Both the position numbers and the translations under genes were made by a program. From the IMG/VR virus record IMGVR_UViG_3300046314_000298: a stretch of 64,000 nucleotides of DNA; one strand, given 5' to 3'. The notes under the pieces are model-generated. The model was not told the origin of the DNA and searched no databases. It saw nothing but the letters and a program-made list of their open reading frames with translations. Every line of letters begins with the position of its first letter. Position 1 is the first letter of the stretch. This DNA comes from an uncultured virus (IMG/VR IMGVR_UViG_3300046314_000298). Lineage: Duplodnaviria > Heunggongvirae > Uroviricota > Caudoviricetes. Shown here one piece after another: positions 1 to 10,957 of the stretch.

Positions 1-123
1 CATATCTGTACTGTTAGCTGGTCAGTCTAGTGGTGTGTATTATATCAGACCTCGCATACTGACTAACTATTCTTCTGTTAAAGTAACTGCAGCTTTTAGA
101 TTAAGAAAGCTTTAAACAAAAAA

Positions 124-162
124 AAAAAATACTCCCGGCCTTTTGGCCTGGGAGTATTTTTT
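124..162. terminator. Intrinsic terminator (GC hairpin flanked by A and T runs, likely bidirectional)
   Basis: aaaaaatactccc..gggagtatttttt inverted repeat directly after the helicase stop; similar hairpins follow many genes in the window. Confidence 0.8.
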
Positions 163-166
163 GCTG

Positions 167-1714
167 TCATATCATGTTTGGATAGTGTAGCTCATTGATG
201 GAAGCTACCTTAGGCTGATACAAAAGCTTTCGATTACGGTGATAACCTACTTGCTTAGGGATCTGTAAGCAATACAGGTAGTAGAACTTAACATCTCTGT
301 CTTTCAACTCTCTCAGTCTACCTAACGCTTGAAGATTAGATACAGGACTGTCTACGGAGACAGACATGATCGCCACTCTTAGATTAGGTATATCGATAGC
401 CGTACCACCAGACTGGATCGTAGTGACTCTTATGTCAGCTTCGATCACATTCTCATAAGGGTCGTCTTCCACATACCTTCGCACATCCAGATCAGGAAAC
501 TCTTCTTTCAAATGTTTGGTATACTCAGTACACATATCTATACTGGCACAAAAGACAACGAGTTTATCGTTTTCCATCTTACCAGATATATACGTGTCCT
601 TAACCAACCTCGTAAGCATCATGAAGTAGTTATCTCTCTTCATGGTATTCTTAGTTATACTTTTCTCAAACTCTATATGGCTGTAGTTATTACTACCAAA
701 AGGTGAGGTTCGTATTTTAGAGGCGTTGAAATTAGAGATCTCATAGCTGATAGGGAACAGCTTGATGTATTTCTTCATTTCGATTTTGTCGAAACGGATC
801 TGTTTAGGGAAGATGAGACTATACATCCTCTTTAGAAACGGATCTTCAGATACCAGGGTAGCTGTTAGAAATACCAAGTTGTGGATATGCATGTGCGTTA
901 GCGCTCTGAATACTGCATGAAAGTGCTGGTGACCTTCATCGACAATCATCGTACCTGCCTTGATCGTTCTTGCAAAGTCACAAGGTTTGCACTCATACCC
1001 ACTCATCTCAAATTCATCTACGGATCCAGAATATGCTTCTAGGTAGTACATGAATGTAGTCAAACTACAGATGATAAACTTACTGGTAAGCTGTCCATCT
1101 GCGGCTAAGGATATCAAACCCTTTAGCTGATCACCACCTTGTACGGTCATGATCTCTTTGGGCTTAACATTAACCACAGCTACTATTTCCTCAGCCCACT
1201 TTTCTATGTACTTAGGTAGAACAAGTACAAATACTCGCTCACCCATGTTCACAGCCGTGGCTAAAGAACTTATACCTTTACCTGTACCTGTCGGTAAAGA
1301 CACCAATCTGCTGTTGAAATCACCTTCGTACTTGGCAGAGCAGAATTGCACCACCTCGTTTTGATAATCTCTAAGTTCCCAACCTGGGTTGAGTTTTAGA
1401 TCTACTTTAGTAGCTTCATAGGAATCCGCTACTGTAACTTCATACATGCTGTCATCAAAGTGTTCATAAGCAAGAAGCTTCAGAAACTCTGAGTATTGAG
1501 CTATGTGAAATCTAAACTCTGTGCTGGCTTTGTTCTTCCAAGCATATGTCTTCTGTACTGTGTTTTGTTTATTCCCTATTTTCACATAGTTGATTTGAAC
1601 AAACTTAACACAGAACTTAAGCAACATAGCCAAAGCTCTGGGTGTAGGGAAAGTGACGCTGAATGAATGTGTGTATTTGGTTACATGGAAGTGTTTGGGT
1701 ATATCGATTTGCAT
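167..1714 (-). CDS. SF2 DEAD/DEAH-like helicase (phiKZ gp75-like)
   Basis: LRDYQ Q-motif, PTGTGKG Walker A, IVDEGH, LTAT, QALGRLR; position after nvRNAP beta-prime. Confidence 0.9.
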   Translation of the reverse strand: MQIDIPKHFHVTKYTHSFSVTFPTPRALAMLLKFCVKFVQINYVKIGNKQNTVQKTYAWKNKASTEFRFHIAQYSEFLKLLAYEHFDDSMYEVTVADSYEATKVDLKLNPGWELRDYQNEVVQFCSAKYEGDFNSRLVSLPTGTGKGISSLATAVNMGERVFVLVLPKYIEKWAEEIVAVVNVKPKEIMTVQGGDQLKGLISLAADGQLTSKFIICSLTTFMYYLEAYSGSVDEFEMSGYECKPCDFARTIKAGTMIVDEGHQHFHAVFRALTHMHIHNLVFLTATLVSEDPFLKRMYSLIFPKQIRFDKIEMKKYIKLFPISYEISNFNASKIRTSPFGSNNYSHIEFEKSITKNTMKRDNYFMMLTRLVKDTYISGKMENDKLVVFCASIDMCTEYTKHLKEEFPDLDVRRYVEDDPYENVIEADIRVTTIQSGGTAIDIPNLRVAIMSVSVDSPVSNLQALGRLRELKDRDVKFYYLYCLQIPKQVGYHRNRKLLYQPKVASINELHYPNMI

Positions 1715-1757
1715 AGAGAAAAAGAAAAGCCTGGTGTTAATAGGCTTTTCTTACTCC

Positions 1758-3770
1758 TTAGACAGTTAAGGTTCTTCGTTGTCGTTCAGCTTCGAGTACC
1801 TCATGAGGCATCACGAACACATCGAACGGGCTGTCGGGTCTGTCCAACTTGTAATAGCTGGCTGGATTCAGGATCACATCTTGCTGACCCTGATAAGCAA
1901 ATGCCACAGAGAGACTTCGGTTCTTCATGACTCTGGCTGCGATAGACATCACAGCTTTATCAGACCCACGAGAAAGACCGAAGGTACCTGGTTCACTTAC
2001 CATACTTGCGTAGATAATCACTTCAAGACAAGCTATGTTCACATTGAGTTTGGCATTCACCAACATGAACAGCTGTTGCAGTGTGTAGACAGCAGACTCT
2101 GGAGTCTGTCGATCATTCAGGTTTTCCAACTTAGACTCGATGATCTCGGCCACTTGTTTAGAGTGATCTGAGAACGAGTACTCGATGTCGGGCATCTTGA
2201 ACAACGGCAGTGTATAGTTCCAGTTGGTCAACTCAAGAACAAAGTTGTTTTTGCTGTCTGTGTGCCATCCATGATCTTTAAGATAATACAGAAACTCCTG
2301 GCTCAGATTAGCTCCTCGATTACCTTGAGAAAGATCTACTGTATCAACAAGCTTGTTACCTTTGGCGTCTGTCAAACACAGATCGATCGTAGAGATGTTA
2401 CTCACACGAGTCGGGTTGATCTTAGTCACATCTTGAGCAATATGCAGATCCACCAACCCAGGCAAGCAATCCCTACTGATCGTTATCGTAGGATTCATCT
2501 TCTTGAACCTTGTGTTCAGGATGTATCCAGTCTTCTCTTTAGTCAGATCAAAGAATCTTCCTGTGTTATCAGAGAGGTTGATGGTGGGTGAGACTGAACT
2601 GGCCTGATAGTGCTTGTTCGACAACACAGACTGAGAGGTCTGTTGAGTCATCGTGGCTGCACAAATATGCCCAAGGTTGGTATATGCAGACAGGTTGTAT
2701 GACAACCCACCGAAGCATACAGCACAGACACCGTGCTTGTCGTTGTGCTTACAACCCAGAACAGACCTGATTTTAAGTGTCTTCCCATACAGAGTAGAGT
2801 CGTCACCACGGATCATTTTCAGATTACCAGTTTCTTCATCCAGATAATACTTGCCAGCCATGTAAGCCAGATCACCTTGGTAGGTCGTTACACCAGCTTC
2901 ATCTTTGGTAGGTGGAAGTATTAGCCAGTGAATGTAATCTGTAGATCCACAATCTACATAGTGAAGTCTTTCTACTGTCATGCACAACAGCTGAAGTCGC
3001 CGAGCAAAATACTCAGCATCTTCCAAAGGCGACTCTGAGAAATAGTGACTCTTAGCAGCAGAACGTGATTCAGCTGCGTAGTCGTGAAGTCTCACAAACC
3101 CTTCTGTGAAGTTGGACATGATAGGAGTAGGAAGGATCTTACCATCTACCTCTGTCAGAAACCCACGCACAGCCACACACTGGGTAACTTGGTTGGCATT
3201 CACCATCTTAGACCGAACAGCCCTAGCCAAGTTGTTGTTGGAAAACTCCTCGTTAGTCTTAAGGATGTTCAGGATCTTATTGTAACTATCCACAATGGAA
3301 TCGTTATTTGGCTGTACAGAGTCATTGATCTGTTTAACAGTCGGGTGATCCACCACTTCAATGAAGTCCAAAATGTCGATAGATGACACATAAGCTTCTG
3401 CCTCACATGTCACCTTGTTATGAACATTGTTTGTGATTTGGTAAATCAGTTTGTTGATGTTCTCTCGATCCACTGGACTGTTGATCTTGAAGTGCCAGAT
3501 CGTATCCTCAGCTATCCTTCCCAACAGCTCGATATGCGTCTCTGAACTCAAGGGTTGGTTCTTGAGCACAGTCTCAACACAATGCCTACTCGTCAAAGGC
3601 AAGCCAGCATACCTTCTGTGGAATTCCCAGAAGTGCCAACTATAGGTAGTCTTATTCCGTGTAGACGGAACGGTGTTTCCGTCGTCAAAAGTCAGAAGAA
3701 AGCTTTTGGGAAGCTCGCTCAACTGACTCTGGCTAAGGAAGCAGATTTCTCTTGCAGACAAATTGTTCAT
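1758..3770 (-). CDS. nvRNAP beta-prime subunit, C-terminal part (phiKZ gp74-like)
   Basis: YFARRLQL bridge-helix-like segment, DCGS, IRSVLGC...GVCAVCFG zinc site, NLGHICAATMTQQTSQSVLSNKH trigger-loop-like segment. Confidence 0.9.
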   Translation of the reverse strand: MNNLSAREICFLSQSQLSELPKSFLLTFDDGNTVPSTRNKTTYSWHFWEFHRRYAGLPLTSRHCVETVLKNQPLSSETHIELLGRIAEDTIWHFKINSPVDRENINKLIYQITNNVHNKVTCEAEAYVSSIDILDFIEVVDHPTVKQINDSVQPNNDSIVDSYNKILNILKTNEEFSNNNLARAVRSKMVNANQVTQCVAVRGFLTEVDGKILPTPIMSNFTEGFVRLHDYAAESRSAAKSHYFSESPLEDAEYFARRLQLLCMTVERLHYVDCGSTDYIHWLILPPTKDEAGVTTYQGDLAYMAGKYYLDEETGNLKMIRGDDSTLYGKTLKIRSVLGCKHNDKHGVCAVCFGGLSYNLSAYTNLGHICAATMTQQTSQSVLSNKHYQASSVSPTINLSDNTGRFFDLTKEKTGYILNTRFKKMNPTITISRDCLPGLVDLHIAQDVTKINPTRVSNISTIDLCLTDAKGNKLVDTVDLSQGNRGANLSQEFLYYLKDHGWHTDSKNNFVLELTNWNYTLPLFKMPDIEYSFSDHSKQVAEIIESKLENLNDRQTPESAVYTLQQLFMLVNAKLNVNIACLEVIIYASMVSEPGTFGLSRGSDKAVMSIAARVMKNRSLSVAFAYQGQQDVILNPASYYKLDRPDSPFDVFVMPHEVLEAERQRRTLTV

Positions 3771-3776
3771 GATACT

Positions 3777-6700
3777 TTATTCTTCCACGTACTTGGTTTT
3801 AAATCCGGTACAGGTGAACATGTGGTTGATGATCTGTATGGGTTTCGTGTTACCGTAAGTAACCAGATTCCTATCCACGATCTCTTTGATATCAGAAGGT
3901 TTCTCAGCATCCAAGATGTTCCTTGCCATATGGCGCTGAACAAGAGGGTTACCAGATCTATCCAACATCTCAGCCACAGCTTCCCGACCACAATACCCCA
4001 CAAACAAACGACCCTCAGTCTCACCGATGGTCCTGACCGGTGTGTTGCGATAAGGTCTTGCATGCTTTTCACGACGGTTGACCTGAGCCAACAATCCATG
4101 CAACTGAAGGTTGCCTGTGCTCACAGCTGTCCAGTCGTCAGCGATCTTTTCCAACAGCATCATGTACAGAGGAGCGATCCTTACATTTCTTTCCGTAGTC
4201 ACCATTTCACCAGAATTACCACGATAGGTTACCTTACCGTAGACTGGTTTGTAAGGAGACGCCTCTATCCTTTTGACGATCTCTTTGGATGAGAGCTGTT
4301 TGTCAATAGGCACATAGGCATACGCATGGTTAGAGATGATACTGACCATGTGCTCAGCCTGACTCTCTGGTGTTACCATACTTGCGTAGTACATGGCTTG
4401 TTTGTCTGAGAACAACTTATAGAAGTCCACGACATACTGATGCACGGCTTGTATCTTTTGGATATCGTGCTTAGCCAGTAACTGTTCTGCTGTCACAGCT
4501 GTGGGTGTCAATCGCTCATATCCAAATTGTTGTCTGACGTGCTGGGTGATGTCCCTCAGCGTAGCACTCATGTGCTGTTCATACAACCTACCTAAGTTCA
4601 TGCGGGAGATAGTAGATGCTGCGTCCATCACCACATCCGCACGATTGCCATTTTCGTCCACTGGCATGTTCTCAGGTTCCTCAGTTTTTACAACTACGCC
4701 TTTCTTATTGTCCAGTAAAGTCGCTCAGCTTCACAGCTTACTCTCTTTACCCGGTGTGCTAAGACACCCGCCTGTACTTTCATACAGGAACAGACTATAT
4801 CTTCATCCTTCCTTTCGGTTAGGATGTCTCCCATTTCGAATCTTGCTAAGATCCTACGCCTTACGGCTAGTCGTTGGCCACACCCCATGTAAGTATATAT
4901 GTACATACTTAGTTAGGAGCTTCGGTGCGGATTGCCCATATATCTTTATTAGTTTTACCTTACCTGTGTGATTAGCACAGCCGTTAACTCATTTTCATGG
5001 TTAAGTTGGTCAATAAAGTTTTGGGGGTTCCCCGGCAATTAGAGAGATTTTTTGTATTTACATTACTGTAAATAGGTGGCAGGATTTTATATTTCATTGG
5101 TAGTTACCAGACTTATTTCGATGTGTCGATCTAGCTAAGTCTAAAGATATTCTCTGGCCAGGTGGTAAATCCAGTCAGATATCTTAAAATGTAGTTCTCA
5201 TATGGGATTTCATGATTATCATCCAAAAGCTCTATGACTTTATTTTGGTCTAGCTTAGTTTGATTTATAAAATCTTGAAAATTCCATACGGTTTGTTTAC
5301 GCTCAGTGACATTGTAAACAATTATATCGAAAGTGTTGAACAACGTTTCCTTAAAACCTAAACCGCGAAGTAGTCTTGTTTTAAACTTCTCACGGTCTAT
5401 ATTTAGTTGTCTTATCCACTCTTCAATAGGTTGTATTATATCACCGTACTTGACGTTTTGATGGTAGTATCTTACATTCACCATTTGCTCTCTTGGATTA
5501 CTCCATTTACAATTAGCTTTGTAATAACCCTTATCGCCGTCTATTCTGTCGAGCGTTGTGTTGTCCGGTCTTGGACCCATATCGTCGTAAAAGTGCTTGA
5601 ATGACTTAAGCCAGCTTTCACATATGGTGATCCCGCGTTCACCGTAAAGATGGTATTTTATGTTATTTTTATTAGTGCAACGCTGGATCATATTCTCCCA
5701 AGTAGAATATTCCCTGCTTTGCCATAAACCATGCTTTGTTTTATTAGCCTGACGGTAACACCCACAACTTTTATTTGTAGGTCTTTTCAATAGAGGTAGA
5801 CATATATTTTTAATTACGCCGCAATCACACTGGCATTTAAAAATACGCCCGCTCTTACCCATCGGAGCTTCTTCGAGAACTGTTAACATATTGAAACGTT
5901 GTCCAATATCAATCTTGCTTCTGCTCATTTCATACTCACCTCTTTCTTTTAAATGATTTCAAATCGACACATCTGAAATCTAGGTTGTTGTTCTACCAAT
6001 GAACTATAAATTTTTATTTACCACCATGATTATCGGTTAACTTAAACCCTTCGCATGGCTCTATGGTGTACTCAATCACAAACTGGATTTGATATTCGTC
6101 AACAGATGTTTTCCGTGATTGGAGTTGCAGTGGTTGTTTAAAGCTACTGCTGTTGTGATTGGTTTGCACCATGGCTTCACAGACAAGCTTGTCAAACTTA
6201 GGTGTAGTCAAGATCTCATTTGTGCCAAACTTTGTTCTGTTGTCCTTGCGAAGAGAAATTTCCAGATCGATCACTTTCTTGTAAAAAGATTGATTGGCCT
6301 CATGGTACCTGTTTAGGTAGTGAGACATCTCCACCGGCATATTCTTAACAGGTGCGTTATTGCGAATGACTTTGACATCCACCACCACTCCACCCCCACC
6401 TCGTACGTAGACAGCTTCGTCAAACATGTGGTCGACTTCCATCAGATCGATACGGGACATCTCTACAGGCGAAAGAGATGTGTTGAAATCTCTGAACGCC
6501 ATGAGAATACCATCTTCACGGATCTTGTCACCAATCTCTGGGAAAGGTTTGACCTCGTTGATGGTACCGTAAAGGTTGAGCGGGAATTGTTTACTACCGA
6601 AGTTGACCACTCGGGTGTCATAGATCTTGAACTTAAGCTTAGGCAGAAAGTCCTTAGAGACCATAATACCGTCCTCAGCCACAGACGGAATAGACATCAA

Positions 6701-7204
6701 AGCGATGTTAGCGTTGATGCCAAACATGAAGTTACCGTTGTCAGAGACAGCTGGCGTGTCCGCAAAGATTGTGTCTTTTTGGATGTAAGCACCTGGCTGA
6801 AGCTTACCGATGTTCTTCTTGTTAACTTTGTACTTAAAGCCAAAGTTCTGATGGTATTGGGCTTTGTACGGAATGACCAGATAGTCTATCTGTTTGTTAT
6901 CTTCACGTTCAAAGAACACATAAGTCTCTGGATTGAAGTTCAAAGACTTGTTACCGATACCTCTTGGGTAGCGATCCATGATGGCGATGATGCGGCCATC
7001 TTCAGGCATCTTTACGTTAAAGGTATACTTACCGAACTCTTGTTCAAGCCCAGTCTGTACCAGTTTCTCTTGAGCGCCGTCGATCACCAGACGCTGACCG
7101 ATATGTGAAGAGAACATAACTGCTCGTGAGGAGCTGTTATGTGCACAGTAGGCATTCAGACCTTGAATACCTACGAATTCCAGTTTCAGTTCATTCTTTT
7201 GCAT
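3777..7204 (-). CDS. nvRNAP beta subunit (phiKZ gp71-73-like), spliced: join(7204..6020, 4703..3777), 703 aa
   Basis: Exon 1 ends FKLTDNHGG and exon 2 starts KGVVVKTEEPENMP, restoring the beta HGxKGV motif; also NSSSRAVM, EDG, SRMNLGRLYE, GETE. Confidence 0.92.
4704..6019 (-). mobile_element. Group I intron in nvRNAP beta, with HNH gene in the P1 loop
   Basis: 5' exon ends in U (GGUGGU) and pairs with GCCACC at 5075-5080 including the U-G wobble; terminal G at 4704; core elements AAUUGCCGGGGAA, GGCAAUCCGCAC, CCAACGACUA, GAAGAUAUAGUCU. Confidence 0.92.
5131..5928 (-). CDS. Intron-encoded HNH-type homing endonuclease
   Basis: CQCDCG...SCGC, WENMIQRC, YGERGITICESW, TLDRIDGDKGYYKANCKW; lies inside the intron. 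Confidence 0.85.
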   Translation of the reverse strand: MSRSKIDIGQRFNMLTVLEEAPMGKSGRIFKCQCDCGVIKNICLPLLKRPTNKSCGCYRQANKTKHGLWQSREYSTWENMIQRCTNKNNIKYHLYGERGITICESWLKSFKHFYDDMGPRPDNTTLDRIDGDKGYYKANCKWSNPREQMVNVRYYHQNVKYGDIIQPIEEWIRQLNIDREKFKTRLLRGLGFKETLFNTFDIIVYNVTERKQTVWNFQDFINQTKLDQNKVIELLDDNHEIPYENYILRYLTGFTTWPENIFRLS

Positions 7205-7694
7205 GATTGCTCCTTATGGTGGATATGATCCAGTGTGGTACTTTTGATGGAAGAGACCAGTGAGCAAACTTAAGTTTTTCACCGATGTAGAAGGATCTAT
7301 AAGCTTGAACAAGGTCGTCTTGCTTATATTTGTCTGGCATACAAAGAGGTATGGGGGTTCTTTCTTTCTTTGTGATTTTCTCAGGTGGTATGGATAACCT
7401 ACTCTGTAATAACAGGTGAGTCAAATGTTGTTTACCGTAGCGTTCTTCGTATTCTTCTGCCATGCAGCAGAAATACTCATAGTGCCACAGATAGTTACCT
7501 ATGCTTTCTCTTGTCCAGATGGTGGATGGGTGATTAACATGGGCGGCTTTGTAAAGACCGTCTGTGTAATCTGATTCGAGTTGGTGAGCTGTGGATAACA
7601 TCTGACCAGACTCAAGAACCATCTTTACGACATGTTCATTGCATAGGTATCTAGCAGAAACCTTAGGATCTAAGTCCAATAAGAATATGTTCAT
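7191..7694 (-). CDS. Pyrimidine-dimer DNA glycosylase-like protein
   Basis: MNIFLLD, HVVKMVLESGQML, HVNHPSTIW, AYRSFY pattern of the DenV-related family. Confidence 0.7.
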   Translation of the reverse strand: MNIFLLDLDPKVSARYLCNEHVVKMVLESGQMLSTAHQLESDYTDGLYKAAHVNHPSTIWTRESIGNYLWHYEYFCCMAEEYEERYGKQHLTHLLLQSRLSIPPEKITKKERTPIPLCMPDKYKQDDLVQAYRSFYIGEKLKFAHWSLPSKVPHWIISTIRSNHAKE

Positions 7695-7769
7695 GTTTAG
7701 ACTTTGATGGATGATACAGTCAAATAGAATATATGTGGTCTAGATGGTATAGACACAGGAACATAAACC

Positions 7770-8093
7770 ATGGACATCCTAAAACAAATCCCTAATCTAG
7801 AATCTTTCTTTTTTGAGAAAGACTTCATTAACACTTTGGAATCCCACCTGACTTACTTAAGAAGTAAGAACACCAAAGTAAAAACTATCACTACTCATCT
7901 TCTAGATAAGTACAGTGGTGACTTCTATGGGTTGTTAGATGAACTCAACATACCTAAACAGTATCATTATGCTGTCATGAGGGTGAATGGGTTCGATAAC
8001 AGTGATAATTATAGATCTACCATTACTGCTATTATCATACCTGATTTCAGTGAGATAGAGTCTATTAAAGATATCTATCGTACAAAAAAATAA
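7770..8093 (+). CDS. Hypothetical protein
   Basis: 107 aa ORF with AGGA RBS, followed by a terminator hairpin. Confidence 0.7.
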   Translation: MDILKQIPNLESFFFEKDFINTLESHLTYLRSKNTKVKTITTHLLDKYSGDFYGLLDELNIPKQYHYAVMRVNGFDNSDNYRSTITAIIIPDFSEIESIKDIYRTKK

Positions 8094-8154
8094 CCCATAG
8101 GCTGTTATATGTCCAGAGTCCCTTGTGGGGACTCTGGATTTTTAACCCGAGTTA

Positions 8155-9492
8155 TCAGTAGTATCCGGTTCCTGGATACCTAACGTTTCCAGCCATGGCA
8201 GGTTGCGGCCAGCCATTTTGCGGGGACGCTATCTGTTGTTGCTGCATAGGTTGTTGAAACTGCGGTGGGTAACCATGCATCTGCTGCTGCATCGGCATCT
8301 GTTGAGGATGTCCTTGCATAGGCATTTGCATAGGTCGACCATAGCTGTCATACACAACACCCATAGGCTGCATGGGCATTTGCTGCATAGGCATGGGTTG
8401 CACAGGACGCCCATATGGATCGTAGGCCATAGGCATTTGCTGAGGTACAAATTGACCGTTACTTTGAGTAGCTTGCTCAAAGCTGACTTTACCATTCTTA
8501 TTAGCCGGAGCTTGTGGCTTTGGCTGTTGGACTGGCATTGTGCTCATCTGAGGCATCATCTGAACAGCTGTCTGTGTAGACTCTGGCTCAGTTGGTGCTT
8601 TGGGTGTCAGACTTCCGTCACTTCCATACTGCACAGGAATGCGCAATATTTCAGCTTTCAGAGAGTCAATATCCCGCATAGCGTCAAGCCAATCAGATGC
8701 AAACATGCATTGCTCATTCTCGTCGATGTAATCTTTGTAGATCTCAACGAGGTCATTGATGCGTGCAGTTATCTTGGCTGAACCAAACATCAACACATCC
8801 AGATAAGGAATAGTGCTGTTATTGCTACCGTAGTTATAACTCTCTTGCTTCTCCAGATCAGGAAAGACAAACTCAAACATCTTCTGAAGACATTCTTTGT
8901 CCTTGATGCGCAGGTGATCAACAGGAAGTCCGTTAGGAGTTTCTTTCTCTTTGGTCAGTTGCTCATAGAACGGGAATGACACCACAGATACCCGAGTACA
9001 GCGCTTGCCTTGGTAAGACGCACCGCGATTCAGATAAAGAGACACAAAGCCTTTGTCAGGCTTGTTCTTCACTGCATGTGTCATGATTTTGACAAAGTTT
9101 GTCAAAGTCTTCATGTCAGCATCCATACCCATGTTGAACAACTCAGCTTGCTGAGGGTTCATTTGGTTATGAAGGTCTGGACTGGCCAGAATGTTGATCA
9201 GAGTCTGAAGCAGGTAACATGTCGAGATATTGATCTTCGTCATGATCTTCTGTTTCAGCAGGCTGATCACAACAGACTCACCTTTAAAGATGTTCTCCGC
9301 CATGGGGTGAAAGATCATCTTTTCACTGGGATTGAAGTTCCTCAACTGTTGATCATAAGGCATCACCAGTTGCTTTCCTTCAATCAGGATCGATTCATTA
9401 CCTGACCCGTAGGCATTCTTAATGAACCCACTCTTGTCTACCTTCATGGTGGCGTATTCAAGAATGGCTTCGTAAACATCCAACAGTTTCAT
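8155..9492 (-). CDS. Core protein (phiKZ gp70 position) with Q/M/P-rich C-terminal tail
   Basis: 445 aa; synteny between picA-like gene and nvRNAP beta. Confidence 0.7.
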   Translation of the reverse strand: MKLLDVYEAILEYATMKVDKSGFIKNAYGSGNESILIEGKQLVMPYDQQLRNFNPSEKMIFHPMAENIFKGESVVISLLKQKIMTKINISTCYLLQTLINILASPDLHNQMNPQQAELFNMGMDADMKTLTNFVKIMTHAVKNKPDKGFVSLYLNRGASYQGKRCTRVSVVSFPFYEQLTKEKETPNGLPVDHLRIKDKECLQKMFEFVFPDLEKQESYNYGSNNSTIPYLDVLMFGSAKITARINDLVEIYKDYIDENEQCMFASDWLDAMRDIDSLKAEILRIPVQYGSDGSLTPKAPTEPESTQTAVQMMPQMSTMPVQQPKPQAPANKNGKVSFEQATQSNGQFVPQQMPMAYDPYGRPVQPMPMQQMPMQPMGVVYDSYGRPMQMPMQGHPQQMPMQQQMHGYPPQFQQPMQQQQIASPQNGWPQPAMAGNVRYPGTGYY

Positions 9493-9502
9493 TTTGTTAC
9501 CT

Positions 9503-10957
9503 TTAAACTATGTTGTTGATGACGGACTGCTGAGATGGTGCGTAGGTTTGTTCAACCACTTTGAACATCTGCTCAAAGTTGTGAACGTTGTGGTCAAACA
9601 CTTGGTTGTTAGGAGCCAATACAGGAGCCAACAACCCATCACAGAACGAAGGTGTTACATACATGATGGCAGGACCACCGTCGATACTCACGTTGATTTT
9701 GGTTTCGCCAAAGATGTTGACGTCCATTTCAAGTGTGTACAGTTGCTGTCCACCATACGAGATATCAGAGAATACCTCAGTATCCAGACGGTTCTTAAAT
9801 GTCTGGAAAGCCTGGGTCATGTCTGCTGACGTCACAGAAGAACCACCAATAAGAGTGGTGTGTACTTGTCCCATACTGCTATGGTTTGTACTCATGAATG
9901 TTACCTTTGAGATGAAAAGTGACATCATGATAGCCGGCACTGCATTAGACAACATGGTCGCCACCACAGTTTCACGGTTGGCTGAGTTCCAGTACTCGCT
10001 TTGACCAGATTGATGAACAGCTGCTTGATGGGTGTTACCCAGTCGCAGCATGTTGGTCATAGCCACAGTGTTGCTGTCCAGTTTGATCAGATCGCCATAG
10101 TTGAACGTCGTCGCCAAAGGCATGCCGCGAATCTGACTGATAGCCCGAATAAACGGATTCTCAGAAATCATCGTGTCCAGAGCAATCTGTGTACCCCTTG
10201 AGTAGATATCAACATCAGACTGGCCAAAGTCAGCCAGTGCGTATGCTTGACGATGAGTGTCGAACACTTTGCTGATGAACTGACCTGGTAGATTGTTCTC
10301 ACGGTTAGACCCAATAGGTTCAGTACCCAACCGCAAACGCCCATCGTTGTATCCGATTCCAGGTTCAAGATAGGAATGCGCATTTTGAATGTAACCAGAT
10401 TGGATGCCTGTGAAGACTTCCTGTGGTCGCATCTTGTGTACGCCTTTGTTCACGCTGTTGGGTTCCGGGTTGATGATCTGAGAACTCTGAGTTACCAAGT
10501 CTTTACTTGTATAACCCATAGGTGTCAATTGCTCAACACGATTGACACGAATGAAACTGTTCAGGACAAAGACCATGTTAGGATCGATGTTACCATTTGC
10601 AGTTACACCCAGGGTGTCTGTAAACCCTTGGAAGTAGTACACACACAGACTACCCGTGTTAGACACTGTGTGGATTTCCAGAATAAACCTGATGCGTTTC
10701 TCAGTCCACCCATATGGAATATGGATCACATCGCCTGGTGTGGCACTGGGAGCCATGATGGTACTTGCGATACCACCTAACAGATTCCCAGTGATGTTAC
10801 CGTTACCGACCTGTTGCAGTCGGTTACCGATAGCGTTCATTGTATCCCCACTTACGTGGGTCATGTAAGGACGCTGATGTACGGGATTGTAAGTCCCAGT
10901 CTCTTGCATGGTGAGTTTCGCAACTCTTATGGTTTGTTTCATGGCACTTTGCATCAT
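9503..10957 (-). CDS. picA: Probable phage-nucleus protein import factor PicA/Imp1 (phiKZ gp69-like)
   Basis: 484 aa; directly follows the gp68-like subunit in the conserved block; assigned by synteny and size. Confidence 0.6.
   Translation of the reverse strand: MMQSAMKQTIRVAKLTMQETGTYNPVHQRPYMTHVSGDTMNAIGNRLQQVGNGNITGNLLGGIASTIMAPSATPGDVIHIPYGWTEKRIRFILEIHTVSNTGSLCVYYFQGFTDTLGVTANGNIDPNMVFVLNSFIRVNRVEQLTPMGYTSKDLVTQSSQIINPEPNSVNKGVHKMRPQEVFTGIQSGYIQNAHSYLEPGIGYNDGRLRLGTEPIGSNRENNLPGQFISKVFDTHRQAYALADFGQSDVDIYSRGTQIALDTMISENPFIRAISQIRGMPLATTFNYGDLIKLDSNTVAMTNMLRLGNTHQAAVHQSGQSEYWNSANRETVVATMLSNAVPAIMMSLFISKVTFMSTNHSSMGQVHTTLIGGSSVTSADMTQAFQTFKNRLDTEVFSDISYGGQQLYTLEMDVNIFGETKINVSIDGGPAIMYVTPSFCDGLLAPVLAPNNQVFDHNVHNFEQMFKVVEQTYAPSQQSVINNIV

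Noticed and set aside
4694..4906. 70-aa ORF, plus ORFs 17506..17790, 35126..35374 and 36179..36376
   Set aside because: They overlap intron cores, tRNA or structured RNA and lack an RBS; probably spurious
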